From: a virus
Taxonomy: Duplodnaviria; Caudoviricetes
Length of the DNA stretch: 41,024 nt
IMG/VR virus record: IMGVR_UViG_3300032246_001520
Coordinates: 1-41,024 of that record
Strand: one strand, 5' to 3'
Below the pieces are notes generated by a model. The model was given only the letters and a program-made list of their open reading frames with translations. It did not search any database and had not been told where the DNA came from. Positions 9,365 to 17,839 of this stretch are shown here, piece by piece (positions within the stretch are counted from its first letter, which is position 1; every line of letters starts with the position of its first letter). Position numbers and translations under genes: made by a program.

Positions 9365-9534
9365 GTCACTGCCCCTAGCGTTTAAACATCTTAAGCCTCG
9401 CTGGTCTGACGCGTTATGTCAAGTGTTGTTCGCTGGTAGTTCACTGCCTCACCACATGAGACAGCGTTTAAACGGCTTTTAATTATTCGATTTTCTTGCA
9501 TAACCCTTTCAATTTACTTTGTTGACTTCCTGAG

Positions 9535-9554
9535 TTATCCACAAGTTATCCACA
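9535..9554 (+). promoter_or_regulatory. Two tandem perfect DnaA boxes
   Basis: TTATCCACA at 9535-9543 and 9546-9554 (11-bp period). Confidence 0.75.
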
Positions 9555-9659
9555 GGACACATAGGGTTTACCCTTGTATAAAAAAAATGAGTAGGCAAGG
9601 GGTAAGTATCAACTTCCGAGATCGGCGCTTGTAGACCCCTTAAAACGCGTTTAAACCGC

Positions 9660-9690
9660 ATGTAAATAAAAACAGTGGTTATTTATACAG
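9660..9690. promoter_or_regulatory. Two abutting one-mismatch SOS-box-like sites
   Basis: ATGTAAATAAAAACAG (9660-9675) and GTGGTTATTTATACAG (9675-9690; reverse complement CTGTATAAATAACCAC). Confidence 0.5.
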
Positions 9691-9699
9691 TACTTAGCC

Positions 9700-9708
9700 T
9701 GTGGATAA
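9700..9708 (-). promoter_or_regulatory. Perfect DnaA box, inverted
   Basis: TGTGGATAA, the reverse complement of TTATCCACA. Confidence 0.7.
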
Positions 9709-9797
9709 CTTTACCGTTCGCACCACATAACAGATAAAAACCCCCTATGTATGTAGCTTGAGGGCACATAGTGATAGTGTTGTTTAAACATCACCAC

Positions 9798-9827
9798 TTG
9801 CGCTTTGTGTTTAAACATGTTGAAATT
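9798..9827 (+). promoter_or_regulatory. Possible sigma70 early promoter overlapped by GTTTAAAC sites
   Basis: TTGCGC, 17-18 bp spacer, TGAAAT/GAAATT; GTTTAAAC at 9782 and within the spacer at 9809. The -10 match is weak. Confidence 0.35.
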
Positions 9828-9849
9828 CAATCTCAGTACAGCAGGGTTC

Positions 9850-10030
9850 TAGGTCAAACATCCAAGACCGCCCACATGGTTCCTAGCCGCCGAGGTCTAG
9901 GTAGTGCAGAGCAGGGATTGCTACCCTGCAAGAGCATCGAGTCACCTGCCAAAGGGCGTGTCGATCCCGACTATCCAAGGGGTCAATCGCTACCGGCAAG
10001 GCACGAGACAGTCGCAACCACTGACTGCTT
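9850..10030 (+). ncRNA. Candidate highly structured early leader RNA
   Basis: Stems GGTC/GACC, CCTAG/CTAGG; GGTAGTG(9900)/CGCTACC(9988) enclosing GCAGGG/CCCTGC, ATCGA/TCGAT and GAC/GTC; then CAGTC/GACTG. Confidence 0.45.
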
Positions 10031-10040
10031 AGATTAGTGC

Positions 10041-10088
10041 GAGAGTAACCCGACAGGGTTTTATGAGAACCCTGTCTGATTCACTTTC
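10041..10088 (+). repeat. Structured intergenic hairpin, copy 1
   Basis: GAGAG...GACAGGGTT-TTATGAG-AACCCTGTC-TGAT...CTTTC directly upstream of an RBS. Confidence 0.8.
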
Positions 10089-10109
10089 AACCAACTGGAG
10101 ATCGACTTT

Positions 10110-10283
10110 ATGAATAAATTATCTATACCACCATTCACTGAACGTCAAGCAAACTTAATGCTGGACGCACTGAGAGCGGCACTGCCAGCCATCGAGGACA
10201 AGAGCGAACGCAACGCACTGCGCTCGATCATGATCAATATTAAAGAGGCTCAATACGCCGAGTACTCGAAGACCAAAAAATGA
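10110..10283 (+). CDS. First early gene, 57-aa hypothetical protein
   Basis: Not in ORF track. CCAACTGGAG RBS; MNKLSIPPFTERQANLMLDALRAALPAIEDKSERNALRSIMINIKEAQYAEYSKTKK. Confidence 0.75.
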   Translation: MNKLSIPPFTERQANLMLDALRAALPAIEDKSERNALRSIMINIKEAQYAEYSKTKK

Positions 10284-10290
10284 CCAATTA

Positions 10291-10338
10291 GAGAGTTAAC
10301 CGGCAGGGCTTTATGAGAGCCCTGCCTGATTACCTTTC
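10291..10338 (+). repeat. Structured intergenic hairpin, copy 2
   Basis: GAGAG...GGCAGGGCT-TTATGAG-AGCCCTGCC-TGAT...CTTTC; two compensatory pair changes relative to copy 1. Confidence 0.8.
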
Positions 10339-10359
10339 AATCAACCAATGAGGCTTACT

Positions 10360-10926
10360 ATGCACCCAACCCGCGAGGCTTTTTTAAATGCCGCAGTTGC
10401 TGAACTGCGCCCCCTCTTCGATGCTTTCGAGCACCCACTGCCTGCAAAAATCCGTGTCACTTGCGGTTTTCCTTCCCAGAAAGTGCGCACATTGAACCGT
10501 GCCATCGGTGAGTGCTGGTCTGATCGCGCTTCAACTGACGCGCACTTTGAAATCATGATTAGCCCTGTCGAGGCTGACCCTTACGAAGTTTTTGGCATTC
10601 TTGTGCACGAGCTTTGCCATGCGGCAACGGACGGGGATGGTCATAAAGGGCGCTTCCCTGCCCTGATTCGCAAGCTTTGGCTGGAGGGCAAGCCAACAGC
10701 AACTACTATCGGCACGGCTTTTAGAGTGAACTTCGCTCAGATTATTGACAGTCTGGGTGATTACCCTCACGCCGCCTTAAATGTTCAGGCTTTGCGCAAG
10801 GTTCAGGGCACGAGAATGCTTAAGGCTTCTTGCCCTGCCTGCAAGTACACAATTCGACTGACCCAGAAGTGGGCAGACCTAGGCTTACCCCAATGCCCTG
10901 TTGACGGGCACCAACTTTCACTCTGA
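10360..10926 (+). CDS. SprT-like zinc metalloprotease with C-terminal Zn ribbon
   Basis: LVHELCHA...GH (HExxH), CPAC...CPVD; start moved to ATG 10360 after GAGGCTTA. Confidence 0.8.
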   Translation: MHPTREAFLNAAVAELRPLFDAFEHPLPAKIRVTCGFPSQKVRTLNRAIGECWSDRASTDAHFEIMISPVEADPYEVFGILVHELCHAATDGDGHKGRFPALIRKLWLEGKPTATTIGTAFRVNFAQIIDSLGDYPHAALNVQALRKVQGTRMLKASCPACKYTIRLTQKWADLGLPQCPVDGHQLSL

Positions 10927-10934
10927 GGCTTACC

Positions 10935-12401
10935 ATGAATAGCATACAAAAAGAGCTTGCACTTGTATCACTCGACAAACTGAATGCCGCGCTTGCGGTG
11001 CACGGTGCCCAGCAGGACTCAAAAGCTGACTCGTTGAAAATGGTTGCGATGCTGATTGACGGCGGCAAAATGACTCTGGATGACGTGCATAACGCACAAC
11101 CAACACCTGCCTCTAGAATCTCAAGCGCACCAATTGACAGCGCGACAAAGGCGCAAATTGCCGGTGTGGTTTCAGAAGTTGCATCGGCAGTTGAACAGGT
11201 ATCGACCGTCAAAAACTTAGTAGTGACAGCGCTTGAAACGCTCAACCATCGCACTGCGCAAGATGCAACAGCGCTTGAAAAACTGAGCCGGTCTCTCACT
11301 GCGAAGGTTGATTCAATGCAGGCGGTTGACTACAGTAAGGTATCTGCTGAGATCAGGGCGCAAGTTGCCGCAATCATTGAGCCGTTTAAACGGTCTGCCT
11401 CGCCAGAGGTGTTGGCTGAGATTGCCGCCGCGATGCCTGTCACTGAGCGCCGGCTGGCGCGTGATGTTTTCGACGGAGATCTCTTTTACGACATCGATGG
11501 GGAGCATGTGGACTTTTCAGATTTTCAAGTGGAAGTTTGGAATGACCCTGACGCGCCGCTTGTGTCTGCCGACTATGTGTTCAACCACAAGCACCTGCAC
11601 CAGACCCTGATTGCTCTGGACAGTGCCCTGCCAGACAATATCTGGCTCGCTGGCGAGCGCGGAACCGGTAAGACTGAGTACGTTACACAGATTGCCGCTC
11701 GTCTTAAGCGCAAGCTTGTGCGTGTTAATTTTGACGAGGCTATCGAACGCGCCGATTTTATAGGTGGTAACTCTATCGAAGCGGGTTCGGTTGTCTGGAA
11801 GGCTGGCGTGATTACACAGGCAATCCAACATGCAGGTGCAATCATCATTCTGGACGAGGTTGGCTTCGCTCGCGCCCAGTCAATCGCGGTGTTGCATTCT
11901 CTCTGCGAGCCTTCGCCTCACCGTGCCTTAGTGGTGTCGGAAACTGGTCAGAGAATCCCTGTCGCCCCGCACGTTGTTTTTTTTGGCGCGGACAACTCCA
12001 ACGGTCATGGCGATACCACCGGTAATTTTGCTGGTGTGCGCGATCAGAACACGGCTTTTCTTGACCGGTTCGGGTTTACCCTGCGCTTTGAGTATCTGCC
12101 CTTCAATCAGGAAGCCTCGCTGATTAGCAAGCGCACCAGCCTGCCTTTGCCTGCCGCCGAGGTGTTGGTTGCCTTTGCGAATGTGGCTCGCGAGAGGGCG
12201 CGTATGGGCACTCTGACCCAGCCACCAAGCCTGCGCCAGTTGTTTGCTTGGGCAAGGGCGGTACGCAAGGGCGCACCCGTCAAGATGGCTTTCGAGAATG
12301 CCATTGTCAACAAATTTCCGGCTGACTGCGCCGCTGAGCTTGCGGGTGTCTTCGCCGCAACAGTAGACGTCAACCATTTTAAAAATCAACTGAGAGGATA
12401 A
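10935..12401 (+). CDS. MoxR/CobS/CbbQ-like AAA+ ATPase
   Basis: Walker A GERGTGKT, Walker B IILDE, Arg finger AFLDRF, SLRQL; N-terminal coiled coil. Confidence 0.88.
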   Translation: MNSIQKELALVSLDKLNAALAVHGAQQDSKADSLKMVAMLIDGGKMTLDDVHNAQPTPASRISSAPIDSATKAQIAGVVSEVASAVEQVSTVKNLVVTALETLNHRTAQDATALEKLSRSLTAKVDSMQAVDYSKVSAEIRAQVAAIIEPFKRSASPEVLAEIAAAMPVTERRLARDVFDGDLFYDIDGEHVDFSDFQVEVWNDPDAPLVSADYVFNHKHLHQTLIALDSALPDNIWLAGERGTGKTEYVTQIAARLKRKLVRVNFDEAIERADFIGGNSIEAGSVVWKAGVITQAIQHAGAIIILDEVGFARAQSIAVLHSLCEPSPHRALVVSETGQRIPVAPHVVFFGADNSNGHGDTTGNFAGVRDQNTAFLDRFGFTLRFEYLPFNQEASLISKRTSLPLPAAEVLVAFANVARERARMGTLTQPPSLRQLFAWARAVRKGAPVKMAFENAIVNKFPADCAAELAGVFAATVDVNHFKNQLRG

Positions 12402-12402
12402 T

Positions 12403-13317
12403 ATGGAAGCAATAAACGCAAAGCGCGGGGTCAGCGCAACCTTAGAGCGCGTGTTTCAAGCCTCTGGCAACAAGTTCGGCACACTCAATATTCTGTGGGC
12501 GGGTAGCACCGCCGGCATTTCATCGAAGCGCACGAATCGCGGCTTAGATGCGACTGTATTCTTTCCCACCGTTGACGATCAGTCAAAAGTCAGCCCCGCG
12601 CTTTTCGCCAATCTGATCGGGTTCGCGCTTCATGAACTGGGTCACGCATGGTTCACCGACAATGACTTTTGGGACAAAGCGCGTGAAAACCACGGGAAGT
12701 TTGTGTCTGACCTGATCAACGGTCTGGAAGACCCCCGCATAGAAAAGCGCGTGATTGAATCTGGCTATGCGCCGAACAGCAAAATACTTTTCGAGACCCT
12801 GATTAATTCGATGCTCGACAAGGGCGGTATGCCAGACCCTGATGACTATGCAAACATCCCGTATATGCTCGCGGTAGAGGGCAGGCGTTTAAACGGCTAC
12901 CCAATCAACGTGCCGACAGTTCTTACTGATAAGTGCCCGTGGCGCGATGACCTAGTCTGGGCGCTTGAAGAGGCTCGCGAGGCGGTAAACACAAAAACCA
13001 TCGTTGACATCGCAGTGAATCTCTACAAGCGCTTGAGTAAGGAAAATAAAACGTCCGACAACAAGCCCAGCCCTGACGCGAAGCCTGAAGGCAAACAAGA
13101 AGGCAAACAAGAAGGCAAACAAGAAGGCAAGCCTGACGGTAAGCCTAACGGTAAGTCTGAAAATAAGCATGGCGAGAATAAGGGTAGAGAGCCGCGCAAG
13201 GTTGAACCAACTGCCTTTATTGAGGAAGAGCTAAAGGGTCATAGCACACAGGAAGAACGCACCAATCCGTTCCCCGCAGTGCAAAAACCAAACATCGTTA
13301 AATTCGACTTTTACTAA
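12403..13317 (+). CDS. CobT-N-like HExxH metallopeptidase-type protein
   Basis: ALHELGHAWFT...INGLEDPRIE, followed by a low-complexity GKQE/GKPD linker. Confidence 0.7.
   Translation: MEAINAKRGVSATLERVFQASGNKFGTLNILWAGSTAGISSKRTNRGLDATVFFPTVDDQSKVSPALFANLIGFALHELGHAWFTDNDFWDKARENHGKFVSDLINGLEDPRIEKRVIESGYAPNSKILFETLINSMLDKGGMPDPDDYANIPYMLAVEGRRLNGYPINVPTVLTDKCPWRDDLVWALEEAREAVNTKTIVDIAVNLYKRLSKENKTSDNKPSPDAKPEGKQEGKQEGKQEGKPDGKPNGKSENKHGENKGREPRKVEPTAFIEEELKGHSTQEERTNPFPAVQKPNIVKFDFY
13087..13130 (+). repeat. 12-bp coding tandem repeat (EGKQ)n
   Basis: GAAGGCAAACAA x3 plus GAAGGCAA; degenerate GKPD/GKPN copies follow. Confidence 0.9.
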
Positions 13318-13326
13318 GAGATCATC

Positions 13327-14130
13327 ATGGAATTAGATAAACACACATGCAATGAGGCTTACTTGCAATACTACAATCTGGCGCCGGCTGGTTTGGGTGC
13401 AACCAAAGCCGCACTATCAAAGCTGTTGCGCTCTATCGATCTGGTCGGCTGGTCAACACACGAAGAGACTGGGCGTGTTGACAGACGCGCTTTGACCCGC
13501 TTTGCCACGGGTAGCACTGCGGTATTCTCGCGCCGCGCACATGTTGAAGCTGAGACATCAGCGGTTTCAGTGCTGATCGATTGCTCTGGTTCGATGGCAG
13601 GTCAACTTATCCAGACCGCCGCAGAGGTAACGATTCAACTCTCGCGGTTGCTTGATCAGGCTAAAGTGCCCTTCAAAGTGACAGGCTTTTCGGGTGGCGG
13701 GTCTGCCACTCGTATGGATGGCAGTGGCGCGAACGAAAAAGATACTTACGTGCGAACTGAGCGCGTTAACTTTTTCCCGTTCAAGACTTGGGCAGAACCA
13801 ATGCGCAAAGCTTCAACAAAGCTTGGGGCGATTCGATTTTGTGCAGGCTCATCTACTCCGGACTTCAGCGCACTCAGTCTGACCATCGATGACATCGCGG
13901 CACAACCCCAAACACGCAAGATTATTTTCTTGTTGACCGATGCAGATGGTTATAGCGCAGAACAAATGGAGTTTTTGCAAAGCAGGGCTGAACGCGCCGG
14001 TGTGATTATCATTGCAGTTGGCATCGGCACAACGGCAGTCAAGATGTTCAAACATCATGCAACAGTCAACAAGGTTGAAGACCTTGGGTCAAAAGCTTTT
14101 GGTAGTCTTCTTAAAACAGTGAGGAAATAA
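13327..14130 (+). CDS. von Willebrand factor A (CobT-C-like) domain protein
   Basis: GRVDRRAL, MIDAS motif IDCSGSM, STPD, LLTDAD, AVGIG. Confidence 0.85.
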   Translation: MELDKHTCNEAYLQYYNLAPAGLGATKAALSKLLRSIDLVGWSTHEETGRVDRRALTRFATGSTAVFSRRAHVEAETSAVSVLIDCSGSMAGQLIQTAAEVTIQLSRLLDQAKVPFKVTGFSGGGSATRMDGSGANEKDTYVRTERVNFFPFKTWAEPMRKASTKLGAIRFCAGSSTPDFSALSLTIDDIAAQPQTRKIIFLLTDADGYSAEQMEFLQSRAERAGVIIIAVGIGTTAVKMFKHHATVNKVEDLGSKAFGSLLKTVRK

Positions 14131-14342
14131 TGGACGAACAGTTTGAACACGACATTAATCTTGTTAGAGATATCATCGCGCCGATGGAAGTTGATAACGC
14201 AATACCAATACTAACAACCCTACTCGCAATGCTTGCGGTAGGGGCAGGCGAACCGAAAGATAAAGTACTAGCGTATGTCGTTAGTACGATCTTGCATCAG
14301 TATGAGATTTGCAGAACACCAGATGATGTAACACTTCAATAA
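14130..14342 (+). CDS. Hypothetical early protein
   Basis: 70 aa; GAGGA RBS; overlaps the upstream stop. Confidence 0.7.
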   Translation: MDEQFEHDINLVRDIIAPMEVDNAIPILTTLLAMLAVGAGEPKDKVLAYVVSTILHQYEICRTPDDVTLQ

Positions 14343-14367
14343 CCCGTTTAAACAGTGAGGCTTAATC

Positions 14368-14658
14368 ATGTCGTATACAGTTGCAGTGTTGTTAACTGAC
14401 CGTGCCTTTGGCGGTCACGAAGAAGGCGGTTGGTATTTTGACTATGGATACCGCGTAAGCTTGTCAGAAGCGCCCCAGAGGCGTTTTAAAACCCTAGCTA
14501 AGGCTCAGGGTTACCTTTCTAAATTAGAGGCTGTAATCGCCCGTATTAATGATGGGCGCTATCCTGTAAGTAGTGTTTTATCAGATGGCATTTACCGTGC
14601 TTTTATTTTTAATTCTAAGGTCAAGGGTTATCCCGACACCATTCCCCGTTACGAGTGA
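14368..14658 (+). CDS. Conserved phage early protein
   Basis: DRAFGGHEEGGWYFDYG...SSVLSDG...P.YE; GAGGCTTA RBS. Confidence 0.75.
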   Translation: MSYTVAVLLTDRAFGGHEEGGWYFDYGYRVSLSEAPQRRFKTLAKAQGYLSKLEAVIARINDGRYPVSSVLSDGIYRAFIFNSKVKGYPDTIPRYE

Positions 14659-14666
14659 GGCTTATT

Positions 14667-14906
14667 ATGCAAGTGCTAAAACCAAACACCTATGTACCCC
14701 AAGATCAGCAGTTTCAAATGATGCAGATAACAGAAAAACAGCTTGATGCTGTTGAGTGGGCTTTGCGCCTCGCCCAGTGGGCGATAGATGATCAAGAGCC
14801 ATCCGATCAACGCACTAGTGATCAAGAGGATATCACTGACGCATACAAGGCAATAGCTGATGTCAGATTTTTACATGAGCAATTGACGGGGGGTTCTGAT
14901 GAGTGA
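14667..14906 (+). CDS. Hypothetical early protein
   Basis: Start moved to ATG 14667 after GAGGCTTATT. Confidence 0.7.
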   Translation: MQVLKPNTYVPQDQQFQMMQITEKQLDAVEWALRLAQWAIDDQEPSDQRTSDQEDITDAYKAIADVRFLHEQLTGGSDE

Positions 14907-14992
14907 AGACCTTAAAACATCTTGTGAAATGAAGGTCATTAATTTTGAATTGAACAGCAACAAGACCCCATTACGAGTGAAAAAGGACTGAT

Positions 14993-15193
14993 ATGAAATA
15001 CAAACGCGTATGGGTTGAGGGTCATTGGAATGACACTAAAGAACCCTTTTTTGCACAGTGCCAGATCGGCATGAAAATACCGCCCGATGATGATGACGTG
15101 TTTTATTTTTTTGATTGGAACGAGACGTTGGTCGGCAACAAGGGTGACTTTACTGTCACTAAACATTTACCAATTTTTTATTGCGAGCTTTGA
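14993..15193 (+). CDS. Hypothetical early protein
   Basis: 66 aa; AAGGA RBS; DDDDVFYFFD motif. Confidence 0.7.
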   Translation: MKYKRVWVEGHWNDTKEPFFAQCQIGMKIPPDDDDVFYFFDWNETLVGNKGDFTVTKHLPIFYCEL

Positions 15194-15194
15194 T

Positions 15195-15482
15195 ATGGAC
15201 AATAAACGCATAGTGGATTTTTTACGCAACTCAGAAAAAGAGTTTTTGATTGAACAGCTACTGGGGTTCGCCCCCACCTCGGCGCTTATGAAAATGTTGC
15301 CTGAGCGCTTCATTGTAGATAAGTGGTACACCTCAGATGTACAACAGATGCGAGATGACCTGACAGATGATCAGGCTTGGGAAGTGCTGACGCATGTAAA
15401 GAGATGGCACGATGCCAGTGTTGGTATTAACTGGGATGTGATCGAATCAGCCGCTGATGAACTTTTCCCGAGGAAATCATGA
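15195..15482 (+). CDS. Hypothetical early protein
   Basis: Start MDNKR at 15195; W..DV..R.DLTDDQA.EVL...HDA..GINWD.I pattern. Confidence 0.7.
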   Translation: MDNKRIVDFLRNSEKEFLIEQLLGFAPTSALMKMLPERFIVDKWYTSDVQQMRDDLTDDQAWEVLTHVKRWHDASVGINWDVIESAADELFPRKS

Positions 15483-15568
15483 GCAAACTAGACTGGCTTG
15501 GTTTCGCGCTTTACATCGCGGTCGCCCTGTTTTTTATTGATTGGATTATTGATATCGTTATTTCCTGA
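15479..15568 (+). CDS. 29-aa membrane peptide
   Basis: Not in track. GAGGA RBS, ATGA overlap; MSKLDWLGFALYIAVALFFIDWIIDIVIS. Confidence 0.55.
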   Translation: MSKLDWLGFALYIAVALFFIDWIIDIVIS

Positions 15569-15573
15569 CCAGT

Positions 15574-15609
15574 TCCCCCCTTCCCGCTTGGGTTGGGGGG
15601 ATTTTTTTT
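15574..15609 (+). terminator. Rho-independent terminator closing the early operon
   Basis: TCCCCCC...GGGGGGA stem followed by T8. Confidence 0.85.
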
Positions 15610-15659
15610 GCCTGCGCAAATTGCTCAGCGTTTAAACGGTCTGATGCATCAGAAGCAAT

Positions 15660-17339
15660 TTAGAAATCATCGAAAATTTCAAAATATGAACCGGTGATTT
15701 TGTTGTACCCAAGCTTGGTCTCGCCCTGAGTTCCTACCCACCGGTAACGGCACTTCCACACTGCGACTTCTACGTCGTTATGCTTTGTGCGATGAATGGT
15801 CATGCCATTGTCTGCCTTTGCCCACCACGCCATCGATCCTGAAATTGCCATACCATCAGGGCGGGGCAAGTCCATCCCAGATCGAGTGATCTTAGCGGGA
15901 TGCGCTACAAACCACACATGCACTCCGTACATCTTTGCAAAGGCTTGAACACGCGTCAACATGCTTGAAATGAACTCTGTTTCAGAGGTCTGGCTCTTGT
16001 TGTCAATATAGTTATAGGGGTCAACAACCAAACCCCGAATGCCCATGCGAGCCACTGCAACCGCCGCACGTTCCAAAATAGATTCTATGGTCGAAGGCTC
16101 GACGGTCTCAGAGTCCAAAAACATAAAATGTTCTTCAACCCATTTAAACGCTTTGTCTTTTTCATCTTGGGTCATGCGTTCTGTGCCTTCAAAAAATCTT
16201 TTACCGCTGTAAAGTTCCATTAACCGGCTGATATGGATTTCGGGCTGATTCTCGAAGGAGCACAAAGCAAATTTCCAATCATGTGTTCTGCCCAGATTAA
16301 CCATAAGCTGGTCAACAAAATTTGATTTGCCTGAGCTTGGGTATCCAGTCACAATAGTTAACTGACCTTGTGCGACAGTGTAGATTTGATCGACGTTGGA
16401 ATAACCGGTCGAGGTGCCTTTCCCGGTTCCTTTACCCCATAGGTCGTTTAAACGGTCTGTGAACTTACTGGCGGATGATAATCCTGCAACTGGATAAGGC
16501 TCAGCACGGGCAATAATGTCTTTGACCTCGTCTGCGCCCTTATCTAGAAAAGCTTCGTTCAAATCCTTGTAATTGAATTTAGCCACCCTGCAACGGTCTT
16601 TGCCTATTCTTCGTGCGAGTTCTTCTGCGAGTGCCTGACCTGCTGAGTCGGTGTCTGTTGCAATGACCACATGGGGTGCGGATTTAAGGATCTCGTTTGC
16701 TGACCAGACAAAAGCAAACTTTCGGTCTTCTGATGCATCGATCTTACCGTCAACAACTTTCATCGGTGCGCCTGAAGGGACAGACAAAACATTCGGTATG
16801 CCTGCTTCCATTAGAGTCAGGGCGTCGATCTCGCCCTCAACGATCACCACTGGAAGGGCGGTGTCGATTCGATCAATCCCAAAAAAGTCCTGTGCCCCAC
16901 CCTGATCTTGAGTAAAGTCCTTGGATTCAATGCTTCTGTATTTAGCTGAAGTAAGTACGCCGTTCTTGTAATAAGGAAATGCGACGGCGTCTGTGATCTT
17001 GTTTAAACGGGCAAAGTATTTCTCTGCCGCAAAAACCTGTGCATTCTGTGCGGTTTCCTGAGAGATGCCTCGGTTCTTTAAGAATTCAATGTGCTTGGGT
17101 TGAAGTGCGTTCATTGCTATGGGTTTCATCATTGGAATCACATTATTCTTCTTTGTGTTGGGGTTAAAGGGCAGTAAGCCGTGCGCGGTACAGTGATGAC
17201 AGTGCCACACCCAGCCCTTATCGCCACGAGTTACCACGCAGTCTTTTTGATTGTGTTTTTTTCGCTCGTGCGAGCATTCCGGACAGGGAATCCTCCCTGA
17301 GTCACCCCGCAGGTGACTGATAGATTCTGCAACGTTCAT
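15660..17339 (-). CDS. Twinkle/T7 gp4-like primase-helicase
   Basis: Zn finger CPEC...CHHC, TOPRIM IVEGEIDAL and DTD, SF4 helicase GYPSSGKS, VVDP, VAHP. Confidence 0.93.
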   Translation of the reverse strand: MNVAESISHLRGDSGRIPCPECSHERKKHNQKDCVVTRGDKGWVWHCHHCTAHGLLPFNPNTKKNNVIPMMKPIAMNALQPKHIEFLKNRGISQETAQNAQVFAAEKYFARLNKITDAVAFPYYKNGVLTSAKYRSIESKDFTQDQGGAQDFFGIDRIDTALPVVIVEGEIDALTLMEAGIPNVLSVPSGAPMKVVDGKIDASEDRKFAFVWSANEILKSAPHVVIATDTDSAGQALAEELARRIGKDRCRVAKFNYKDLNEAFLDKGADEVKDIIARAEPYPVAGLSSASKFTDRLNDLWGKGTGKGTSTGYSNVDQIYTVAQGQLTIVTGYPSSGKSNFVDQLMVNLGRTHDWKFALCSFENQPEIHISRLMELYSGKRFFEGTERMTQDEKDKAFKWVEEHFMFLDSETVEPSTIESILERAAVAVARMGIRGLVVDPYNYIDNKSQTSETEFISSMLTRVQAFAKMYGVHVWFVAHPAKITRSGMDLPRPDGMAISGSMAWWAKADNGMTIHRTKHNDVEVAVWKCRYRWVGTQGETKLGYNKITGSYFEIFDDF

Positions 17340-17352
17340 TAAGCCTCCCGCA

Positions 17353-17631
17353 CTACTTCTTTTTAGGTTTATTTATTTTCACAGACCGGTCTGAATTTCG
17401 GCTGAAAGATCGATTCGCGCTTGGCGATTTCAGCTTTAAGTTCTTTGGTGCGTTTGTTCCTCCTTTTGAAAGCGGCACGACATGGTCTATGTCTTTGCCT
17501 GATCTGTCAACGCCCTTGGCGTCCATTGCGTATCGTGCGCGTTCTCTTGCATTTCGGGAAGGCTGTTCGCCACGGGCTTTTTGAAGCGCGTACTCGCGCT
17601 TATACGGTCTTGGTTTGTTGACGTAGGGCAT
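17353..17631 (-). CDS. Small HNH endonuclease-like protein
   Basis: DIDHVVPLSKGGTNAPKNL...N; basic. Confidence 0.8.
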   Translation of the reverse strand: MPYVNKPRPYKREYALQKARGEQPSRNARERARYAMDAKGVDRSGKDIDHVVPLSKGGTNAPKNLKLKSPSANRSFSRNSDRSVKINKPKKK

Positions 17632-17839
17632 TCTGTTCCTCGATCCTCGATGCGTCCATTTTTTCTGTGATCCAGAACCCTTTGCTGTTCTTGGACATTC
17701 CTATTTCCAGCATCTCGTCAACGTTTAAACAACGCCTGTGACCGTGGTAGTCGCCTGTTCGGTGCATGTCAAAGCCCGAATTAGAATTGAAGTATTGCTT
17801 ACATCCTTGGCACTGATTTCGATTGCCGGTAAGTTCCAT
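17600..17839 (-). CDS. FDXHR-type zinc-binding phage protein
   Basis: CQGC...F...GFDMHR...RRC...KGFW; GAGGCTTA RBS. Confidence 0.75.
   Translation of the reverse strand: MELTGNRNQCQGCKQYFNSNSGFDMHRTGDYHGHRRCLNVDEMLEIGMSKNSKGFWITEKMDASRIEEQNALRQQTKTV

Noticed and set aside
9900-9994. Possible tRNA (cloverleaf-like fold)
   Set aside because: No TTCRA T-loop, no D-loop signature and no 3' CCA; kept only as generic structured RNA.
9771-10037. 88-aa ORF in the control region
   Set aside because: GTG start without a clear RBS; overlaps the putative promoter and dense hairpins; the first credible gene starts at 10110.
10041-10338. Possible CRISPR mini-array
   Set aside because: Only two divergent copies, separated by a protein-coding gene, and no cas operon. 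The Cas4-like nuclease sits in a recombination module.
8718-15576. 13-bp direct repeat CCTGACCAGTTCC at 8718 and 15564
   Set aside because: Several chance 13-mer repeats are expected in 41 kb, and there is no recombinase or att context.
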